Shown here: one piece after another, positions 58,672-64,000 of the stretch
Position numbering within the stretch: position 1 is the first letter of the stretch
Layout of the letters: each line of letters starts with the position of its first letter
Source of the DNA: a virus
DNA: 64,000 bases
Strand: one strand, 5' to 3'
IMG/VR virus record: IMGVR_UViG_3300050343_000261
Notes under the pieces: generated by a model
What the model was told of the DNA's origin: nothing
The model's database searches: none
What the model saw: the letters and a program-made list of their open reading frames with translations, nothing else
Made by a program: the position numbers and the translations under genes

Positions 58672-59507
58672 CTCGGTTACTGACTTTAGGATGTAGTTGG
58701 ATCGCTGGTATTGGTTCTAAGTATGATGCTGATAAACCTTGGGATAAAGAAACATATAAAAGCAACTCTCATAGCGATGACAACTATAAAAATGCATTTA
58801 GAACTATTCTATCATCCAAATATGGATTAGAAAACGTCAATATTTCTTCTGGCGGGGCATCTAATAGTAGTCAGTTCCGCAAACTTAGAAAATATTTACA
58901 TCTGAATGATCTAAATGATACCATTGTTCTATGGGGAGTAACTTCTATCTACAGGATGGAAGTATTTTTCAATCATGGAAAGTCATTTTCATGCTTTCAA
59001 CCCGGTCAAGAGAAACGTAAACATATTCATGGACCTGATTGGTGTGGACCAAAGGAGTATTTCCGCCAACACTTCAATAAACGTCTCGCCGGTCGGACGT
59101 TAGCAGACGAAGTCCATTTTTGGCAGAAGTATTTTGAGTTACTCAACGTTCCTCAAATATGGTTTGACACACTGAATGTCAATGATTATGAAGGTGGTGT
59201 ATATAAACCATTTGATGAATTGCCATATGACTGCAATCAGGACTTACTAAGTCAGTTGGCATACAAGAATGGATGGGATCCAATGGATGATAAGTACCAC
59301 TTGTCTGATTGGAAAGCAGATTGTGATCGTGTTGACTTCTTGAAGAAAAAAGGAGTTCTCAATCCATATTCATTTCACCCAACTATACAAGGACATCAAC
59401 AAATTGCAGAGATCCTTGACCCTATACTAACCAAGTGCTATACTTCATATAAGGAATCTAATAAAGATCCCAAACCTTACAAAACTTTTTGGCGTGACGT
59501 TCATTAG
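58668..59507 (+). CDS. SGNH-hydrolase-like protein (copy 3)
   Basis: LTLGCSWIAG, GASNSSQFR, SFHPTIQGH. Confidence 0.75.
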   Translation: MTRLLTLGCSWIAGIGSKYDADKPWDKETYKSNSHSDDNYKNAFRTILSSKYGLENVNISSGGASNSSQFRKLRKYLHLNDLNDTIVLWGVTSIYRMEVFFNHGKSFSCFQPGQEKRKHIHGPDWCGPKEYFRQHFNKRLAGRTLADEVHFWQKYFELLNVPQIWFDTLNVNDYEGGVYKPFDELPYDCNQDLLSQLAYKNGWDPMDDKYHLSDWKADCDRVDFLKKKGVLNPYSFHPTIQGHQQIAEILDPILTKCYTSYKESNKDPKPYKTFWRDVH

Positions 59508-59511
59508 TTCT

Positions 59512-59859
59512 ATGGCAGACGACACTATTACCTTTACTGGTACTGACTCACTAGATATTCAAATCCCTGAAGATGCTGTACAAGCAGCTCAACAAGTGCC
59601 TTTCACATTCGGAGGCATTGGGGGACCGGGACAGGATTGCATTTCGTTTTCTATCTCTAACGATGATGGTCATCCCGGTTATTACAATACTGGAAAAATT
59701 GAAGTCTGGGATTTCATTGCAGATCAAGAACTCGACTTCTTTGCTGGTAATGTTGTAAAATACGTTAGTCGTGCAGGTAGGAAATCTGGCAACTCCCGTC
59801 AAGATGACCTACAAAAAGCAAAGACCTACATACAGAAAATGATTGATCTTTCGGCATGA
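59512..59859 (+). CDS. DUF3310 / T7 gp1.7-like domain protein
   Basis: HPGYYNTGKIEVWDFI, FFAGNVVKYVSRAGRK, DDLQKAKTYI. Confidence 0.85.
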   Translation: MADDTITFTGTDSLDIQIPEDAVQAAQQVPFTFGGIGGPGQDCISFSISNDDGHPGYYNTGKIEVWDFIADQELDFFAGNVVKYVSRAGRKSGNSRQDDLQKAKTYIQKMIDLSA

Positions 59860-60485
59860 TCTTTGCGGGTTGTTCGTATACATGGGGTGATGAACTAGAC
59901 AACCGTCTAACAGAACGGTTCATTCATCATGTCCAGAAACACTACCAGTGTGAAGTTACAGATCTGTCCCAATGTGGGGGATCTAATGACTACATCGTAA
60001 ATAGGGCACTGCATGAAATCAAGACCAATGGGGTTCAACCTACGGTCTTACAACTTACAGTGCCTACCCGTATTGAGTTCTACGCAGAAGATGGTGCTCA
60101 CCTCTTCTGCCCTTTTAGGTGGAGGCAAGATAATTCTAATTTCAACTTCCGGTCAGGTAATAAGAAGAAAGTACCACATGCTCTAGCAATGTCTTCCTAC
60201 TACCGTTGGGTATGGAATAAGACACATGGGGCAGAAAATTTATACAAAAACTTGCTTCTTTTTGAACAATTTGCTAAAGTACATGAAGTTCCCTACATTG
60301 TACTATTCAATGATTGTGATCCTTTAGAAGATATGGGGTATTGGCGAAACCTAATGGATGACCCGAAAATGCACCATATTTACGAGGATATTCTGAAGAT
60401 GATCCAGACCCCTGGTCAAGGTCACCCAAATGCAGATCAACACAAAGTCATTGCTGACTACATTATAGAACATACTAACTTCTAA
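59856..60485 (+). CDS. SGNH-hydrolase-like protein (copy 4)
   Basis: FAGCSYTWG, GGSNDYI, GHPNADQH. Confidence 0.75.
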   Translation: MIFAGCSYTWGDELDNRLTERFIHHVQKHYQCEVTDLSQCGGSNDYIVNRALHEIKTNGVQPTVLQLTVPTRIEFYAEDGAHLFCPFRWRQDNSNFNFRSGNKKKVPHALAMSSYYRWVWNKTHGAENLYKNLLLFEQFAKVHEVPYIVLFNDCDPLEDMGYWRNLMDDPKMHHIYEDILKMIQTPGQGHPNADQHKVIADYIIEHTNF

Positions 60486-60488
60486 ATA
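60482..60488 (+). promoter_or_regulatory. Late promoter CTAAATA
   Basis: Overlaps the upstream stop, about 25 nt before 60514. Confidence 0.6.
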
Positions 60489-60513
60489 TTTTTTATAATC
60501 CACAGAGGTTTCC

Positions 60514-60783
60514 ATGAAAAAATGTGAAAAGTGTGGTGCTACCTGGATGGAGGGTGTCCTCTATTGGCAAGGTACCGGCAAACCTGGTAAAGATATTGAC
60601 CTTGCTGGTTTAGTATGCAATAACCTTAGAGAAGATGATCCTGATGCTGTAAAGTGCATCAATACCTCTAAAGGAAAACCCGGTGGTGATACCTGGGAAT
60701 ATCGTCGTGGTTTTATTGATGGTGCTTTCACATCCCTCAAGAACCAACGTGAAGAAATGAGGGATAACTTTGGAGACCTTTGA
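60514..60783 (+). CDS. Small Cys-containing hypothetical protein
   Basis: CEKC...LAGLVCN...CIN, a possible metal-binding motif; GAGG RBS. Confidence 0.75.
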   Translation: MKKCEKCGATWMEGVLYWQGTGKPGKDIDLAGLVCNNLREDDPDAVKCINTSKGKPGGDTWEYRRGFIDGAFTSLKNQREEMRDNFGDL

Positions 60784-61615
60784 TGGGGGTGCTGACGTAA
60801 CAGATCTTCGCCCAGTCCTAATCGTCCTTGGTGGTGCATGGACTCTTGCAGAAGATGACCCTAAAACATCATGGGCACAGATCTTAGCAGACAAATATAA
60901 TTGGCGATTGAAAAATATATCTTTCAAACGGGTATCTAACGATACTCTCCAATACCACTTGAATAAAGTAATTATTCGTAAGTTACCTGAGTATAAAAAA
61001 AGAGGCATCAAAGTCGCTGGTATTATCTTTGAAATTCAGCATATTTCAAATAAAGATGATTTTGAAGCTGCCTCAAGGGTTTTATTCCTTGGTATGACGG
61101 ATGAACAAAAGTTCAACCAACAATATTGGCACAAAATTGATGTTGATGATTACTATAAAAACCATCATAACTTCTGGGTATGTTATGACCGATTCAAATA
61201 TCAAATCGCAGTCTTTGATAAACTTCTAAAACTTGAAGGTATTCCTAACTATTGGTGGGATGGTATCGATAATCATATCCACCCTGGTGGTCGCCTCCTA
61301 CTCAATTCCATGCTAACTGAACTAACATGGAATGAATGTCACTCACCTGACTCTAATCTAGAAACTGAAGGATATGGTCTCCGTTGGATGAATGAAGAAA
61401 CCTCAGAACGTGTCAAATTTTGTGTAAAAACTAATCTACTTCATACCTTCAAAAATCAACTTCACCCTACTCCTAAAGCACATAAACGTATCGCTATGGT
61501 AATGGAATACTCAATGCATGATATCTTCAAGTCTCCATACTATTATCTCACAAAAAATAATATGAGACAGTCCATCTACGATGATGAACATCGTAAAGAA
61601 ACAGATGACAAATAA
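60770..61615 (+). CDS. Degenerate SGNH-like protein (copy 5)
   Basis: LGGAWT replaces GCSW (nucleophile Ser lost); VSNDTL and LHPTPKAH retained. Confidence 0.6.
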   Translation: METFDGGADVTDLRPVLIVLGGAWTLAEDDPKTSWAQILADKYNWRLKNISFKRVSNDTLQYHLNKVIIRKLPEYKKRGIKVAGIIFEIQHISNKDDFEAASRVLFLGMTDEQKFNQQYWHKIDVDDYYKNHHNFWVCYDRFKYQIAVFDKLLKLEGIPNYWWDGIDNHIHPGGRLLLNSMLTELTWNECHSPDSNLETEGYGLRWMNEETSERVKFCVKTNLLHTFKNQLHPTPKAHKRIAMVMEYSMHDIFKSPYYYLTKNNMRQSIYDDEHRKETDDK

Positions 61616-62591
61616 ATTTCCTTTGTTATTTGGTGTCGGCACTCCACATTCTGCCACCACACCTTTATTATACACACTATCTCATGATAACCATTATTGC
61701 CACTCTTGGAGGGCACAACAGCATGGTTACCTTACTTTCATGCAAGGTCGTAATAATCAAGAATCTGCACTAAAACGTTATCATCATAACTTAGATAATC
61801 CATCTAATGCTAAACTACCTACACTCGTTTCTAATAACCCCCTCCTAGGTACAGTTGATATTCAATCCGAAAAGGACTTTATGTCCCCACCATTTACTAT
61901 AGAAAAATACATATCCTATCATCAAAAACAATACAACAATATAAAACCACATTATCATTCTGTAGTAGATTTCAATAACTCTAACGCATCCCTTCAATTA
62001 CCTTTCTTACAACATATCAAACCATCCTTAGATCATTACTTTGATATCAAAGTCATCATGATCTTCAGAGACCCTATCAAACGCCTTTGGTCTCATATCA
62101 ATTACCTGATCAATGATCTGCAAGCATTTGAACTTTCATCTCAAAGAGAGGGTTTCAACCGTCGCGGTGCTTGGATGTCTGATCTCGACAGAACACCTAA
62201 GAAATACTTCAAAGATACTACTGATGCCCTACTAACAAAAGGCATTGATGAACATACAGCATACGCTAAACTATTCAAAACTTGGTCCACCGCTTTCCCA
62301 GAGAGGGTTCACGCTATTATCATGGAAGACCTCTGGAATCCCTCAACATCATCCTTACAAGATCTCTCAGACTTCTTAGAGTTTCCCCTACATACCCTCC
62401 ACCAAAACGCTTACTACCCTGACAAAGGTATCAATGCTCCCAAATACCCTTACCTCCAGGATCAATGGTCCTCCGATACCGATCCACTAACCTTAGATAT
62501 TATCAACAAAGCAAAGCATATCCTTGCACCTGTCTACCAAGACTGGAAAGAAACATTCGGTGACCTCCCCACATCATGGATTCATCCTTAG
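61605..62591 (+). CDS. Sulfotransferase-like protein (copy 6)
   Basis: VGTPHSATTPL, IFRDPIKRLWS, NAYYPDKG...DQW. Confidence 0.72.
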   Translation: MTNKFPLLFGVGTPHSATTPLLYTLSHDNHYCHSWRAQQHGYLTFMQGRNNQESALKRYHHNLDNPSNAKLPTLVSNNPLLGTVDIQSEKDFMSPPFTIEKYISYHQKQYNNIKPHYHSVVDFNNSNASLQLPFLQHIKPSLDHYFDIKVIMIFRDPIKRLWSHINYLINDLQAFELSSQREGFNRRGAWMSDLDRTPKKYFKDTTDALLTKGIDEHTAYAKLFKTWSTAFPERVHAIIMEDLWNPSTSSLQDLSDFLEFPLHTLHQNAYYPDKGINAPKYPYLQDQWSSDTDPLTLDIINKAKHILAPVYQDWKETFGDLPTSWIHP

Positions 62592-63346
62592 TTACCTTCG
62601 GTTGCTCCTGGATGTGGGGTCACGGTCTCTGCTACACCCCAGGACAACCTAGAGAACAATTCAACGCCCAAAGACACTCTGATGACTTCACAAAATACTC
62701 ATACCGTCACCTACTCTCAGAGAAACTCAATAAAACTAACATAAATTTCTCAATCAATGGTTCAAGTAACCAAAAGCAATTCCGCTTGGCCACTGAGTTC
62801 TTCAACACTTCTCCCCCCTCGAAAGACTCCATTGTTCTCTGGGGTATAACTTCAACCGCTCGTGATGAAATATGGTATAATAACCGTAATACCTACGTAA
62901 GTAGAGTATGGGGTCACGGTTATTCCGCAGATAACCAACTACGTAAAAATAACTTTGACTCCAAAACTCACCTCCGCTTACATTACAATCACTCCGTAGT
63001 CCTCAAAGAACTTTCCAATCAAATGCTTCATTGGAATACTTACTTTGATGCACTCGGTATTCGTAACTATTGGGTAGATCTCTTCAACCATCACATATAC
63101 CCCACTCATATCCCCCGTCTCCTATTCTCTGATCGCCCTCACAGGGACCTCTGTTCCATTCTATCTACCTATTACGGTTACACTCCTACTAACGATACTT
63201 ACCACGTCTCTCAATACCAAAAGACAGACTCACGCCGTATACGGTTCTTAGAACAACATAAACACATAAATCCCCATTCCTTCCATCCCACTCGGAAGTC
63301 TCATTCCTTCTTCGCTGATCTCCTCTACAATGAAATTCATCATTGA
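62576..63346 (+). CDS. SGNH-hydrolase-like protein (copy 6)
   Basis: VTFGCSWMWG, GSSNQKQFR, SFHPTRKSH; close paralogue of 57886. Confidence 0.75.
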   Translation: MDSSLVTFGCSWMWGHGLCYTPGQPREQFNAQRHSDDFTKYSYRHLLSEKLNKTNINFSINGSSNQKQFRLATEFFNTSPPSKDSIVLWGITSTARDEIWYNNRNTYVSRVWGHGYSADNQLRKNNFDSKTHLRLHYNHSVVLKELSNQMLHWNTYFDALGIRNYWVDLFNHHIYPTHIPRLLFSDRPHRDLCSILSTYYGYTPTNDTYHVSQYQKTDSRRIRFLEQHKHINPHSFHPTRKSHSFFADLLYNEIHH

Positions 63347-63500
63347 ATACCAGGACCAATTCTTCAAGTGGCATCGCTACGGTGAACAACATAACTTGAC
63401 ATCTGCTTGCCGTACCGCAAAGGGGCGTTCAATCCAATCTGGTAAAAAATATCGCGTCCTCTCCTCTAATGGCGTCCTACAAGAAATCTTTTACCCTTGA
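63330..63500 (+). CDS. 56-aa protein missing from the ORF track
   Basis: Manual translation MKFIIEYQDQFFKWHRYGEQHNLTSACRTAKGRSIQSGKKYRVLSSNGVLQEIFYP. Confidence 0.65.
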   Translation: MKFIIEYQDQFFKWHRYGEQHNLTSACRTAKGRSIQSGKKYRVLSSNGVLQEIFYP

Positions 63501-63704
63501 TATAACTGGATAGTTGAACACTTTGCCCCCCTCGAAACCTACAGAGGATTTTTTTTACCTCGGAATTTTTTCTATACGGCGTTCTGGGTATCTCAAAAAA
63601 TAAATGAAATCAACATCTATCGAGCGTCTGGAAACGTTTATAGCTTAGAAAGAAGGTACTTTTTTAGCAACGCCCCCCCTCGGTAACATCGAAGGACCAC
63701 AAAT

Positions 63705-63890
63705 AACTGTCCCTAAGTGTCACTAACTGTGTGCCCACTATGTGTCACTGAGACCCTCAAAGTGTGCCCACTAAGTGTTGCTAACTGTTTCGGATGCTGG
63801 TGAACTTTCCTCGGTGCAATCGTGCCCCTTATGTGTCACTTAGCGATCTTCTGCAACTGTTAGATAGGCATTCCTTATGTGTTACTTAGT
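63705..63890. repeat. Cluster of short direct repeats in a non-coding region
   Basis: GTGTGCCCACTA at 63729 and 63762; CCTTATGTGT(C/T)ACTTAG at 63827 and 63873; CTAAGTGT(CA/TG)CTAACTGT at 63713 and 63771. Confidence 0.85.
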
Positions 63891-63949
63891 GGGGTGCTAA
63901 ATGTTAGATAGTGACTGTGATTGTACTGTTACAAAGTGTCTCCGAGGGG

Positions 63950-63979
63950 TTGCAATTTGGGGGCGATCTGTGATAAACT
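63950..63979 (+). promoter_or_regulatory. Probable sigma70-type early promoter
   Basis: TTGCAA-18 nt-TAAACT with TG in the extended -10 position; target gene lies outside the window. Confidence 0.5.
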
Positions 63980-64000
63980 GTGTGATCATGTTGTGCTCGC

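Noticed and set aside
4127-60488. Late promoters overlapping upstream stop codons as a novelty
   Set aside because: Expected economy in T4-like genomes because TAAATA contains TAA; listed as features only
63189-63392. 67-aa minus-strand ORF
   Set aside because: It overlaps two better-supported plus-strand genes
63396-63401. Perfect TTGACA
   Set aside because: No -10 at suitable spacing, and it lies within the 56-aa ORF
1-64000. tRNA, rRNA, integrase or transposase genes
   Set aside because: No cloverleaf or recombinase motifs recognised; intergenic gaps are mostly too short; a tRNAscan/Infernal run would be decisive

Overview
This is a segment of a T4-like myovirus genome; gene order, late-promoter motifs and the small hypothetical genes point to a marine cyanophage (Kyanoviridae-like). 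The minus strand carries the virion morphogenesis module. In window order it is gp23, gp22, gp21, two prohead-core-like genes, gp20, gp19, gp18, gp17, a basic low-complexity protein, gp16, gp15, gp14, gp13 and a short fibre. After an enzyme cassette come a 1430-aa repeat fibre, small structural genes, a VrlC/DUF4815-type giant protein, gp8, a two-part gp7-like region, gp6 and gp25. Most units have TATAAATA/CTAAATA-type late promoters. Two enzyme islands interrupt or flank this module: 16.1-23.2 kb, between the two fibre genes, and 51.3-63.3 kb. Together they encode 6 paralogous sulfotransferase-fold proteins lacking the canonical PAPS-binding Lys, 2 more of a second atypical subfamily, 6 SGNH-like proteins lacking the triad Asp, a NodU-type carbamoyltransferase, a GT-A glycosyltransferase-like protein, a radical SAM enzyme, a SAM methyltransferase, a ferritin-like di-iron protein and a signal-less TRAP DctP protein. 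Several of these sit behind late promoters. My best candidate for an undescribed system is a late-expressed glycan/surface tailoring pathway. It may act on a G-[IVLF]-[GAST]-[ST] motif scattered through nearly all tail, neck and baseplate proteins; this link is inference and untested. The window ends in a non-coding, repeat-rich, origin-like region where GC skew flips. All calls come from motif recognition by eye; no database searches were run.
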